From: Dehalococcoidia bacterium
Lineage (GTDB): Bacteria > Chloroflexota > Dehalococcoidia > DSTF01 > WHTK01
Length of the DNA: 64,000 bases
NCBI GenBank assembly: GCA_009377745.1
Contig: WHTK01000013.1
Location: 1,212 to 65,211, forward strand
Direction: 5' to 3'
Position 1 is the stretch's first letter, and each line of letters opens with the position of its first letter. This document shows, in pieces, positions 46,321 to 55,646 of the stretch. A program made the position numbers and the translations under genes. Below the pieces are notes generated by a model. The model did not search any database and had not been told where the DNA came from. It was given only the letters and a program-made list of their open reading frames with translations.

Positions 46321-46992
46321 ATGCCTGCTCGTCTTCTTCTAGCCGTCGACTACGCCATGCCGCCGGACGCCTTCGCCGCCTGCCGCGAGCTTTGCGCCAC
46401 GGTAGCCACTTCTCTGGGCGAGCCCGTCTATCTCGCCTCCATGGACAGCAGCGGCATGGACGAAGTAGGTCTCCTGGCCTTCGACAAGGCCGGCGTCGGC
46501 ATCGAGCAGGTCCTGCCCAAGGTCGCCGCCTCCGCCGCGCCAATGGCCGCTGCCCCCTTCATCTACCGCGACGACGGTAAGCCGGACTGGAGCGCCATGT
46601 GGACCACCTTCTGCGAGCTGGCGCTCTACGGCGGCCCGCCCCATCGCGGCTCTGACGATCCGGTCTTCGTCACCGATGATGTCCTCCCGGCCGAAGCGGA
46701 CGCCGAAGCGATCGCGGAGATCCAGCGTGGCATTACGGAGACCACCGGCCTCACCGCCGAGCTCGCCGAGCCAGGCTGGCTCTCGATCCGCTGCGACTCC
46801 AAGCGCATGGCTGCCTGGATGTGCGCCGCCATCATCCTCGAGAACGTTGACGCCCGCTGCGACGAGGAGACCCTCTACGTTCCCGCCGCGGCCGGCTTCG
46901 AGCTCAAGAACCAGGTCAAGAGCGTCATCACCGTCGCCGCCAAGGTGCATCACTACTGGCAAGCCCACCTCGACGGCCAGACGGCGAAGTAG
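46321..46992 (+). CDS. hypothetical protein
   Basis: 223-aa ORF in the expected composition; no recognisable domain. Confidence 0.45.
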   Translation: MPARLLLAVDYAMPPDAFAACRELCATVATSLGEPVYLASMDSSGMDEVGLLAFDKAGVGIEQVLPKVAASAAPMAAAPFIYRDDGKPDWSAMWTTFCELALYGGPPHRGSDDPVFVTDDVLPAEADAEAIAEIQRGITETTGLTAELAEPGWLSIRCDSKRMAAWMCAAIILENVDARCDEETLYVPAAAGFELKNQVKSVITVAAKVHHYWQAHLDGQTAK

Positions 46993-47293
46993 ACCGCAAC
47001 CCGGCTGATACGCCTCTCACCGTCACGTCGGCTCGGCTGCAACGTCCTTCTTGCTTCAATACGAGAGACATCGGCCCGACTAGGCGCTAAGCCTCCGAGG
47101 ACTAGGTCAGAGGGCGGCTCGCAAGAGCCGCCCTCTCTAAGTTACCGTGCTTGCGATTCCAGCGCTTCGTTGCAATGTGTCTGCCGCGCGCCTTCCTAAG
47201 CTTGACGCGCTTTGCCTGCGGAGCAATGATCCCGTCGAAACAGGTTTGAGCCTCTCCGATGGCGGGGCAATCGAGAGACAAGGAGCGCAAAAC

Positions 47294-48400
47294 ATGACTC
47301 AGGTACTGGCTGCCGTCAAGGTGGACGCGGGACGCATGGAGGTCCGTGAATTCCCCGAACCAGAGGTCGCCGAAGATAGCGCCATCCTCAAAGTCGAAGC
47401 CGCGGGCATGTGCGGCGCTTACGAGGGCTTCAAGGGCCCCAACCGTCGCGGCAACCAGGTCATCCTCGGCCACGAGAACGCCGGTGTAATCTACAAGGCC
47501 GGCCGCATCTTCAAGGAGCGCAACGGCGTCACCGAGGGTGACCTCGTGGCGCTGGAAGAGTACATCCCTTGCATGCACTGCGAATGGTGCCGCATCGGCG
47601 AGTACCGTCACTGCTGGGAGTGCGACTCCCACAACAATCCGGCGCCCGCCCGCTTCGGCGGCATGTCGATCACGGCTGAGCCCTTCCTCTGGGGCGGCTA
47701 CTCCCAGCTAATGTACCTGCCGCCCAACTCCATCCTTCACAAGCTGCCCTCCCACGTCACGGCCGACGAAGCCGCCCTCGCCCTGCCGATCGGCAACGGC
47801 GTCCAGTGGGCCCATGTCGAAGGCGAGGCCGGCCCCGGCAAGACCATCGTCATCCAGGGTCCCGGCCCCAAGGGCCTCGGCTGTACCCTGGCCTCGAAGA
47901 TCTTTGGCGCCTCCTGCATCATCGTCACCGGTCTCACCAAGGACGCGCCGCGCCTCGAAGCCGCGAAGAGCCTGGGCGCCGATTTCACCATCGACGTCCA
48001 GAAGAACGACTTCACCAGCGCCATCAAGGAAATCGTCGGTGAGCGTGGCGTTGACGCCGTCGTCGATTGCACTTCCAGCCACAACCCGGTCATCTTCACC
48101 CAGTCGATCGACATCATGAAGCGGCGCGGCGGCATCATCGTCACCCAAAACTATGACCTGCCGAACTTCTCCCTCAGCCAGCTGACCGGCAAGTACATCA
48201 CCCTTCGGGCCTGCCGCGGCCACAGCTACGCCAGCGTCGCCACCGGCCTGGAGTGGATCGCCTCCGGCAAGTACCCGCTCAAGGAGCTGCTGACCCACCG
48301 CTACCCGCTGGCCCAGTCCGATGTCGCCTGCCTCACCTCCGGCGGCGAGGGCGAAGGCGCCGAGGACGCGGTCTCGGTGATGATCAACCCCTGGATGTAG
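47294..48400 (+). CDS. zinc-dependent alcohol dehydrogenase (MDR family)
   Basis: GHENAGVI; structural-Zn Cys cluster CMHCEWCRIGEYRHCWEC; Rossmann VIQGPGPKGLG; AGGAG SD 8 nt before ATG 47294. Confidence 0.85.
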   Translation: MTQVLAAVKVDAGRMEVREFPEPEVAEDSAILKVEAAGMCGAYEGFKGPNRRGNQVILGHENAGVIYKAGRIFKERNGVTEGDLVALEEYIPCMHCEWCRIGEYRHCWECDSHNNPAPARFGGMSITAEPFLWGGYSQLMYLPPNSILHKLPSHVTADEAALALPIGNGVQWAHVEGEAGPGKTIVIQGPGPKGLGCTLASKIFGASCIIVTGLTKDAPRLEAAKSLGADFTIDVQKNDFTSAIKEIVGERGVDAVVDCTSSHNPVIFTQSIDIMKRRGGIIVTQNYDLPNFSLSQLTGKYITLRACRGHSYASVATGLEWIASGKYPLKELLTHRYPLAQSDVACLTSGGEGEGAEDAVSVMINPWM

Positions 48401-48548
48401 CGACTGAGCTTCCGCTCCTGCCTCAACCGGCAGCCCGGCTTCGGCTCGGCTGCCGGTTTTTGCCCTGTGCGCCATGCCTATGAGTCGCCCCGCGTCCGTA
48501 TAATCGGGACGGCAGTATCAAAGGCCGTTTAGCTCAGAGGAGTAATCC

Positions 48549-49340
48549 GTGGCGCTTCCCTTCGAAGGCAAGGTGGCTCTTGTCACCGGCAGCTCGCGCG
48601 GTATCGGCAAGGCCATTGCGCTCCAGCTCGCTGACGATGGCGCCGGCATCGTCGTCTGCGCCCGCAGCGAGGTCTCGACCGAAGACCTGCCCGGCTCCAT
48701 CGGCGAGACCGCTGCCGCCATCCGCGAGAAAGGCCGGCGCGCCCTCGCCCTCAAGGTCGACGTCTCCGAGGACGCCGATCTTCACGCCGCCATCGACGCC
48801 ACCCTGCGCGAGTTTGGGCGCATCGACATCCTGGTCAACAACGCCGGCGTGATCAGCGGCGACGCCTTCCTCGGCGGCGAGGCGGCAACTCTGGACGACT
48901 TTTACCGCACCAACGCCGCGCGCCCTACGTCCTGGCCCAGCTCGCCGCGCCCCACATGGTGCAGCAGGGCGGCGGCGTCATCGTCAATATCTCCTCCGGC
49001 GCCGCCCGCCATCCAGCGCCGCCGGCCCCTGGCGAGGCGCCTCGCGCCCGTCCCAACGGCTCCGGCCTCGTCTACGGCATGTCCAAGGCCGCCCTCGACC
49101 GCATGGGCGCCGGCATCGCCGCTGAGCTCTTCGACAAGAACATCGCTTCCTTCCAGATCTACCCTGGCTTCACGATCACGGAGCGCAACTCCCGCACCGC
49201 CCGTAGCACCCAGGTCGATCCCTCCCGCGCCGAGCGGCCTGAGACCACCGCGAAGGCCGTCGCCTTCCTCTGCCGCGACCCAATGGCCCACACCGGCCGC
49301 ATCTTCCAATCCCGTCAGGTCGTTGAGGAGAACGGCCTCT
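48549..49340 (+). pseudogene. short-chain dehydrogenase/reductase with -1 frameshift in a C-run near 48921-48926
   Basis: N-part MALPFEGKVALVTGSSRGIGKAIA...NNAGV...DDFYRTNA then shifts; C-part continues in the +2 frame (..PYVLAQLAAPHMVQQGGGVIVNISSGAA...YGMSKAAL...), found by alignment with the paralog at 34958. Confidence 0.6.
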
Positions 49341-49344
49341 AGAT

Positions 49345-49378
49345 TTACTTTGCCCGTATGCCAGTTTGCCCAACTGCA
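49345..49378. repeat. short copy of the octamer repeat (revcomp GGGCAAAC TGGCATAC GGGCAAAG), between SDR and Gfo/Idh/MocA genes
   Basis: Seen directly; matches units in 41627..41680. Confidence 0.6.
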
Positions 49379-49436
49379 GCTCCGGACGCTGAGTCAGGGC
49401 CGAAGCAAACTAAAGTCACGAATAGGAGAACTCCCC

Positions 49437-50540
49437 ATGGCAGACAAAATCCGCGTCGGTATCGTCGGCGCCAACGCCGAGACCGGTAGCTGGGGCACCC
49501 GCGCCCACATCCCTGCCCTCAAAGCCCTACCCGACTACGAGCTCAAGGCGATCTGCACCGCGCACGAAGACACCGCCAAGCGCGCCGCCGAGGCCTTCGG
49601 CGCCGAGCTCGCTTTCCACGACTATGAGGAGATGTTCGCTAACCCGGACATCGATCTCGTCGCCGTGGCCGTCCGCGTCCCGACCCATTACGCGATCACG
49701 ATGGCGGCCCTCAAGGCCGGTAAGGACGTCTATTGCGAGTGGCCCCTCGGCGCCAACCTCGCCGAGGCCCAGGAGATGACCGATCTCGCCCGCGACAAGG
49801 GCGTGCGCAGCATGATCGGTCTTCAGGCCCGCAGCGATGCCGCCGTCTGCTACACCCGCAGCCTCGTCCAGGATGGCTACGTCGGCGACGTGATCACCGC
49901 TCACATGACCATGCTCACGCCCGGCGCCCACGAGCGCACAGCCGCTCGCGTCTGGCAGGTCGATTCCGTCGCCGGCGCCAACACCTTCACGATCGCCGGT
50001 GGTCACAATATCGATGCCCTCTGCTTTATCCTCGGCGAGTTTACGGAAGTCTCCGGTAAGGTCATCACCCGCATTCCCCAGGTCCGCGTCACCGACAAGG
50101 GCGAGATGCGCCAGGCCACCTCGCCTGACAACGTCGCCATAATCGGCATCCTCGAGAGCGGCGCCCTCGCCTCAGTCCACGTCGCCGGCGTGCCCTTCCA
50201 CGGCAGCGGTGGCTGGAAGCTCGATATCTACGGCACCGAGGGCACCTTGACCATCGCCGGCGGCCAGGCTAACTACAGCCCCACGCCGCTCAAGGTCACG
50301 GGCGCCAAGGGCAAGGAGCCGATGGCCGAGCTGCCGGTCCCGGACGAGTTCTTCCTCGTCCCCGAAGGCACCCCCGATGGCGCCCCCTTCAACGTCGCCC
50401 AGGCCTACGTCCGCTACGCCGATGGCGTCCACTCCGGCCAGCCCGTAGACCCCGACTTCGACCTCGCCCTGCGCCGCCACCGCATGATGGCCGCCATGGA
50501 GCAGGCCTCCACCGAAGGCCGCACCATCAAGGTCCAGTAA
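49437..50540 (+). CDS. Gfo/Idh/MocA-family NAD(P)-dependent oxidoreductase
   Basis: 368 aa from ATG 49437 (AGGAGA SD); MADKIRVGIVGANAETGSWGTRAHIPAL... Rossmann N-terminus. Confidence 0.85.
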   Translation: MADKIRVGIVGANAETGSWGTRAHIPALKALPDYELKAICTAHEDTAKRAAEAFGAELAFHDYEEMFANPDIDLVAVAVRVPTHYAITMAALKAGKDVYCEWPLGANLAEAQEMTDLARDKGVRSMIGLQARSDAAVCYTRSLVQDGYVGDVITAHMTMLTPGAHERTAARVWQVDSVAGANTFTIAGGHNIDALCFILGEFTEVSGKVITRIPQVRVTDKGEMRQATSPDNVAIIGILESGALASVHVAGVPFHGSGGWKLDIYGTEGTLTIAGGQANYSPTPLKVTGAKGKEPMAELPVPDEFFLVPEGTPDGAPFNVAQAYVRYADGVHSGQPVDPDFDLALRRHRMMAAMEQASTEGRTIKVQ

Positions 50541-50699
50541 CTCAAGAGCAGCAACAAGCTCGATCTCTACTCATGCCCCAGCCTTCCAGGCTGGGGTGTT
50601 GATACCCGCCCGAGCTTCTGATGCTTAATGTGCCTCCGGCATACGCCGCCGCGAAAAGCCTATAATCGACCCCGATACACCAACAGGAGAAGGACGACG

Positions 50700-51791
50700 A
50701 TGACGACCGAAGTCAACACCGCAACCTCCGAAGAGTTCCACCAGCGCATGCACGCCAGCCACATGTACGGCCTCTGGGAGCTGGCCAGCCAGATGACGCA
50801 GCACCCCCTGCCCAAGATGCTGCCCTACATGTGGCCCTGGTCTCTCGTCGAGCCCATCGTGCGTGAGTCCTGCGACGTCGTCCCCGTCGGTAACGAGCGC
50901 CGCGCCCTGCAGCTCTTCAACCCCGGCCTCGGCGGGCGCTGGGCCAGCACCAACACCCTCATCGCCGCCGTCCAGGTCATCCTGCCGGGCGAGGTCGCCC
51001 CCGCCCATCGCCACACGCCGACGGCCATCCGCTTCATCATGGAAGGCTCCGGAGCCTACACCGCCGTCGATGGCGAGCGCATCTACATGGAGCCGGGCGA
51101 CTTCATCCTCACGCCCAGCTGGGCCTGGCACGACCACGGCAACGACGCGACCGGTCGCGTCATCTGGCTGGACGGCCTCGATATCCCCCTCGTCCAGGCA
51201 CTGGAGGCCATGTTCTTCCAGCCTTACTCGGAACGTCAGGTGCCGCTGACCAAGCCCGCCGCCCAGTCCGCCCGTCTCTTCGGCCACGCCAGTCTCGCGC
51301 CGGCTTGGGTCAAGGAGAAGCCGGCTGCCTCGCCGCTCCTCATCTACCCCTGGACCAAGACCTATGACGCCCTCATGTCCCTGCGCGACAGCGAAGCCAG
51401 CCCCTACGAGGGCATCGTCCTCGAATACACCCACCCGCAGACCGGCGGCCACGTCATGCCTACTATGGCCTGCTACACCCAGCTCATCCGCCCCGGTGAG
51501 CAGCTCCTGGCCCATCGCCACACCGGCAGCTCCGTCTTCTACGTCGCCCAGGGCCAGGGCCGCACGATCATCAACGGCATCGAGTTCGTCTGGCAGCGGG
51601 GCGATGTCGTAGCTCTTCCGTCATGGGTCCTCTACGAGCACGCCAACACCTCCGCCACTGAGGACGCCATCCTCTTCTCGATCAGCGACCAGCCCGTCCT
51701 CGAAGCCATGAGCCTCTACCGGGAAGAGGCCTCGGAGGAGGACGGTGGCCACCAGCTCGTGACCTCCGCCTTCGAGCCGGTTATCGTATAA
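50700..51791 (+). CDS. gentisate 1,2-dioxygenase-like bicupin ring-cleavage dioxygenase
   Basis: Cupin metal motif HRHTPTAIRFIMEGSGAYTAVDGERIYMEPGDFILTPSWAWHDHGN and second cupin LAHRHTGSSVFYVAQGQG; AGGAGAAGG SD before ATG 50700. Confidence 0.8.
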   Translation: MTTEVNTATSEEFHQRMHASHMYGLWELASQMTQHPLPKMLPYMWPWSLVEPIVRESCDVVPVGNERRALQLFNPGLGGRWASTNTLIAAVQVILPGEVAPAHRHTPTAIRFIMEGSGAYTAVDGERIYMEPGDFILTPSWAWHDHGNDATGRVIWLDGLDIPLVQALEAMFFQPYSERQVPLTKPAAQSARLFGHASLAPAWVKEKPAASPLLIYPWTKTYDALMSLRDSEASPYEGIVLEYTHPQTGGHVMPTMACYTQLIRPGEQLLAHRHTGSSVFYVAQGQGRTIINGIEFVWQRGDVVALPSWVLYEHANTSATEDAILFSISDQPVLEAMSLYREEASEEDGGHQLVTSAFEPVIV

Positions 51792-51797
51792 GGAGGT

Positions 51798-52244
51798 ATG
51801 GCGGAAGCAGAAGAGCGTTACCGGCGCGACGTATCTCGCACCTACAGGGGCGAAGGCATTGTCGTGCTCTGGGAGCCGAAGCTCTGCATCCATATCACCA
51901 ACTGCATCCGCCATCTACCCCAGGTCTTCAATGCTGGTGTCCGTCCCTGGATAGACGCTTCCGCCGCTTCCGCCGAAGAGATCGCCGCCGCCGTGGAGTC
52001 CTGCCCGACCGGCGCCCTCAGCTATGAGCGCACTGATGGCGCTCCGGGCGAGCAGGCCGGCGAGACCACGACCGTGGAGCCGCGGACCAACGGTCCGCTC
52101 TTCCTTCGCGGCCGCATCGAAGTTCGTGATCCCTCCGGCCGCGTCCTCCGCACCGCCACCCGCGTTGCGCTCTGCCGCTGCGGTTACTCCGGCAACAAAC
52201 CCTACTGTGACCTCAGCCACCGCGCTATCGATTTCAAAGCCTAG
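51798..52244 (+). CDS. iron-sulfur protein: divergent 4Fe-4S mono-cluster domain fused to CDGSH-type domain
   Basis: VVLWEPKLCIHITNCIRHLPQVF (Fer4_19-like) and CRCGYSGNKPYCDLSH (CDGSH motif C-x-C-x2-S-x3-P-x-C-D-x-S-H); AAGGAGG SD. Confidence 0.65.
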   Translation: MAEAEERYRRDVSRTYRGEGIVVLWEPKLCIHITNCIRHLPQVFNAGVRPWIDASAASAEEIAAAVESCPTGALSYERTDGAPGEQAGETTTVEPRTNGPLFLRGRIEVRDPSGRVLRTATRVALCRCGYSGNKPYCDLSHRAIDFKA

Positions 52245-52258
52245 CGCATCGCCAACCC

Positions 52259-53359
52259 ATGCCTGACGTCCTCACCACTCGGCAGCTAAACCGCGCCCTG
52301 CTCCAGCGCCAGCTCCTGCTCGAACGCGTTGAGATGCCACCGCTCGCCGTCGCCGAGCACCTCGTCGGCATGCAGGCTCAGGAGCCCGGCGATCCGTACG
52401 TCGGCCTCTGGACCCGCGTTGCCAGCTTTGATCCGGAAGATCTCTCTCGCGCAATCGAGCAGCGGCAGGCGGTGCGAATGCCGCTCATGCGCAGCACGCT
52501 CCACCTTGTTACCGCGGATGACGCATTGCGATTGCGTCCCGTCATCCAACCAGTGCTTGAGCGTGTCCTCTACACCGGCAGCCCCTTCGGCCGCCAGGTG
52601 GCTGGCGCAGACGTCGAGGCGTTGCTGATGTCCTCGCGTGAGTACACCGACATGAAGCCACGCACGCTAAGCGACCTGCGAAAGCACATCGCGGAGCAAT
52701 GGCCAGCCTTCGACGCAACGTCGCTTGCACAAGCCGTTCATTACCTGATGCCGCAAGTACAGATCCCGCCGCGCGGCATGTGGCGCCGCAGCGGCCAGGC
52801 AACCTGGGCCCATCTCGAGACCTGGCTAGGCCGGCCGATGGTGCACGACGCCACGCCGGACAAGACGGTGCTGCGGTACCTCGCTGCTTTTGGCCCTGCC
52901 GCCCCGAATGACGTCCAAGCGTGGAGCGGGCTTACGCGCGTTCGCGAGGTGACAGAACGCCTGCGACCACGCTTGCGCGTCTTCCGTGACGAGAATCGGC
53001 GTGAGCTCTTCGACCTGCCGGACGCACCGCTTCCAGACCCGGACACGCAGGCGCCGGCGCGGTTCTTGCCTCAGTATGACAACGTCTTCCTCGCTCACGC
53101 CGACCGCGCCCGCATCGTCTCGGAGGAGGACCGGAAGGCGGCGGCGGTAGGCGTCGGGCCATCGCTGTTCCTCGTCGATGGCTTTGTCGCCGGTACCTGG
53201 CGCATCCGGACGGAAGCGGATAAGGCCACGCTGCTGATGCAGCCATTCCGGCCCCTTGCTCCGGACGACGAAGTTCAGCTGCTGGGGGAGGCGGACCGCT
53301 TGGTCACGTTCGTCTCCACTTCGGCCAGTTATGACCTGCGGGTGCTCCCGCCTCCCTAG
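52259..53359 (+). CDS. winged-helix protein of the YcaQ/AlkZ-like (COG3214) family
   Basis: 366 aa; overall pattern consistent with this family by recollection only. Confidence 0.45.
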   Translation: MPDVLTTRQLNRALLQRQLLLERVEMPPLAVAEHLVGMQAQEPGDPYVGLWTRVASFDPEDLSRAIEQRQAVRMPLMRSTLHLVTADDALRLRPVIQPVLERVLYTGSPFGRQVAGADVEALLMSSREYTDMKPRTLSDLRKHIAEQWPAFDATSLAQAVHYLMPQVQIPPRGMWRRSGQATWAHLETWLGRPMVHDATPDKTVLRYLAAFGPAAPNDVQAWSGLTRVREVTERLRPRLRVFRDENRRELFDLPDAPLPDPDTQAPARFLPQYDNVFLAHADRARIVSEEDRKAAAVGVGPSLFLVDGFVAGTWRIRTEADKATLLMQPFRPLAPDDEVQLLGEADRLVTFVSTSASYDLRVLPPP

Positions 53360-53432
53360 AAGAGCTCCTCGTCTGTACAAAAAGAAGAGGCCCGGTCATC
53401 GCGACCGGGCCTCTCATCTACTATGGAGTACG

Positions 53433-54416
53433 TTAGTTGGGCTTGAAGCGGCTGAAGGCCTTCTTCGCCGTGTCTTCGAAGATGTTCTTCTTGTCCTGCT
53501 CCGTCAGCCAGTCGATGCTCTCGATCAGCGGCTTCGTGTCGTCGAGCATCTTGCCGCTCTTCGGCCAGCGGTAAGAGCCCGTGCCCGGGTTCTCCGTGCC
53601 GAACATGCAGCGCTCCGTGCCGACCAGCTTGAACAGCAATTCCAGCGACTCGACGTTGTAGAGGCCGGTGTCGAAGTAGAACTTGCTCAGCTCTTCGTCG
53701 AAGTCGAGGCCCATCATGCGGCCGAAGTTAGAGCGCCAGCGCCCGATCTGGTAGGGGATCGACCCGCCGCCGTGCGCGACGATGATCTTCAGGTTCGGGA
53801 ACGTCTGGAAGACACGCTTCTCCACCATTTGGAGGATGCAGGAGGTCTCCGTGGTGATGAAGTAGTTCTGGTAGTAATCCCACGGGTTCTTGGTCGTCGC
53901 CGAGTGGATCAACGCCGGGACGTCCAGCTGCACCATCTTCTCGTAGAGCGGGTACCAGACCTCGTCACCCATGCCGGGGAACACACCCTCGCCCTCGAAG
54001 GGGTCCGGGTTGATGAGCAAGCCGATCATCCCCAACTCGTTGACGCAGCGCTCAAGCTCCGGGATCCAGGCGCTCACCGGCTCCGTGGGGACCTGCGGCA
54101 GGCAAGCCACGGCACGGTAGCGGTCGGGCGCGATCTTCACCGTCATCGCGTTGACGTCGTTGGACGCCTGCGAGTAGTAGTGGACGATCTTCGCCGGAGT
54201 CTCCGAGTGCATCAGCTGGAAAGGCCGCGGCGAGATGAACTGAATGTCGGTGCCGACACCGTCCATGATCGTCTTGACGTGGTTCTCCACCGCCGGGCGC
54301 AGCTGATCCTCATTCTGGTGGAAATTGCCCTGAGCCAGCGCCCTTGACGAGAGCAGGCCGGCCTTGTAGTTGCCCAGGTTACCGCCGTTGGTGTGGGCGT
54401 GGGCATCGATGATCAT
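53433..54416 (-). CDS. amidohydrolase-2 family enzyme (ACMSD/LigW-type aromatic-acid decarboxylase/hydratase)
   Basis: N-terminal MIIDAHAH metal-binding motif and ~327-aa length typical of amidohydrolase_2. Confidence 0.75.
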   Translation of the reverse strand: MIIDAHAHTNGGNLGNYKAGLLSSRALAQGNFHQNEDQLRPAVENHVKTIMDGVGTDIQFISPRPFQLMHSETPAKIVHYYSQASNDVNAMTVKIAPDRYRAVACLPQVPTEPVSAWIPELERCVNELGMIGLLINPDPFEGEGVFPGMGDEVWYPLYEKMVQLDVPALIHSATTKNPWDYYQNYFITTETSCILQMVEKRVFQTFPNLKIIVAHGGGSIPYQIGRWRSNFGRMMGLDFDEELSKFYFDTGLYNVESLELLFKLVGTERCMFGTENPGTGSYRWPKSGKMLDDTKPLIESIDWLTEQDKKNIFEDTAKKAFSRFKPN

Positions 54417-54619
54417 TCGTCTCTCCTTCTATCGTCCTCTAACGCCTGTCGAGTGCCATACGAGTCCTCCGCTCACACAGCCGGGCAGGCCTTTAACCGC
54501 TGCCAGAGTATAGCCTTCGTCGGGCAAATTGGCAGCCCTTTTCGCCTTTAGCCGGATGATTCTCAGCAGCTTGACAGCGCGTAAGCCTCGTCTTACTCTC
54601 ACGAGCCGAAGGAGGCGCC

Positions 54620-54985
54620 GTGGCTTACGATGAAATCCTTGCTACCCGCATCCGTGATGCCATCGGCAGCCGGCCGGACATTACCGAGCGCAAGATGTTT
54701 GGTGGCCTCGCCTTCATGGCCGGCGGCAACATGTTCTGCGGCATCACCCGAGACGACCTCATGGTCCGGGTCGGGCCGCGGGACCAAGAAGCCGCCCTCG
54801 CCCGCCCCGGCGCCAAACCCATGGACTTCAACGGCCGCCCCATGACCGGCATGATCTTCGTCGAGCCCTCGGGCGTTACCAGTGACACAGACCTTCAAAG
54901 CTGGATCGATCTCGGCTACGGCTTCGTCATGACCCTGCCACCGAAGGCACAGGCCAAGCCCAAGCGCCGCAACACGACCTCGTAG
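54620..54985 (+). CDS. TfoX N-terminal-domain family protein
   Basis: ...KMFGGLAFMAGGNMFCGITRDDLMVRVG... typical TfoX_N pattern. Confidence 0.6.
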   Translation: MAYDEILATRIRDAIGSRPDITERKMFGGLAFMAGGNMFCGITRDDLMVRVGPRDQEAALARPGAKPMDFNGRPMTGMIFVEPSGVTSDTDLQSWIDLGYGFVMTLPPKAQAKPKRRNTTS

Positions 54986-55180
54986 TAGCAGCAGACTAAG
55001 GCTCATGCCCCCGCGAGGCCTTTCTCGTCCCAGGAGAGGTCTGCGTGGGGTACCACCAGCCCTCGCCGTCTGCCACAAAACGCTGTTTCGTTTTTGTCAT
55101 CTTTCTGCCCGCCGTCTGATCATCAGGCGACTGTCAGCGTGCCAACCTGACATTGCAATTCATCTCAAGGAGGGAATGCA

Positions 55181-55492
55181 ATGCAAGGTACCGGAATCGG
55201 CACCAGCCTGATGCTGATCGCAATCGGGGCAATCCTCGCCTTCGCGGTCAACTTCCAGGCCTCGGGACTCGACATAAACGCGGTCGGCGGCATCCTAATG
55301 GTCGTTGGCGTCATCGGCTTGCTGCTCTCGTTCGTCGCTCTCGGCGACTTCGCGGGCTTTGGCCGTCGCGATGTCGTAACGCACGACGCGCCGCCTACCA
55401 CGACGACTACTCACAGCCACGAGGACACGACACCTACCCACTCCGGCGGCGTCGAGACAGTCTCGCGCGAGGAGCGGGTTATCCGTCGCTAG
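55181..55492 (+). CDS. small membrane protein (2 TM helices, Thr/Pro-rich tail)
   Basis: AAGGAGGG SD 9 nt before ATG 55181. Confidence 0.55.
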   Translation: MQGTGIGTSLMLIAIGAILAFAVNFQASGLDINAVGGILMVVGVIGLLLSFVALGDFAGFGRRDVVTHDAPPTTTTTHSHEDTTPTHSGGVETVSREERVIRR

Positions 55493-55646
55493 GGGGAAAC
55501 CTCAGGCGCTGGAGGTGGCCGCCAAAGGCCGTATTTGCCTGATGGCATGATCCACGCTATTGACATTTCGCGTACTATATAAGGATAAGGGCGAAACGTC
55601 TATTGGCGCGTCCAGTTTGGGTAGATAGAGCCTTCTAGGAGGGGAT

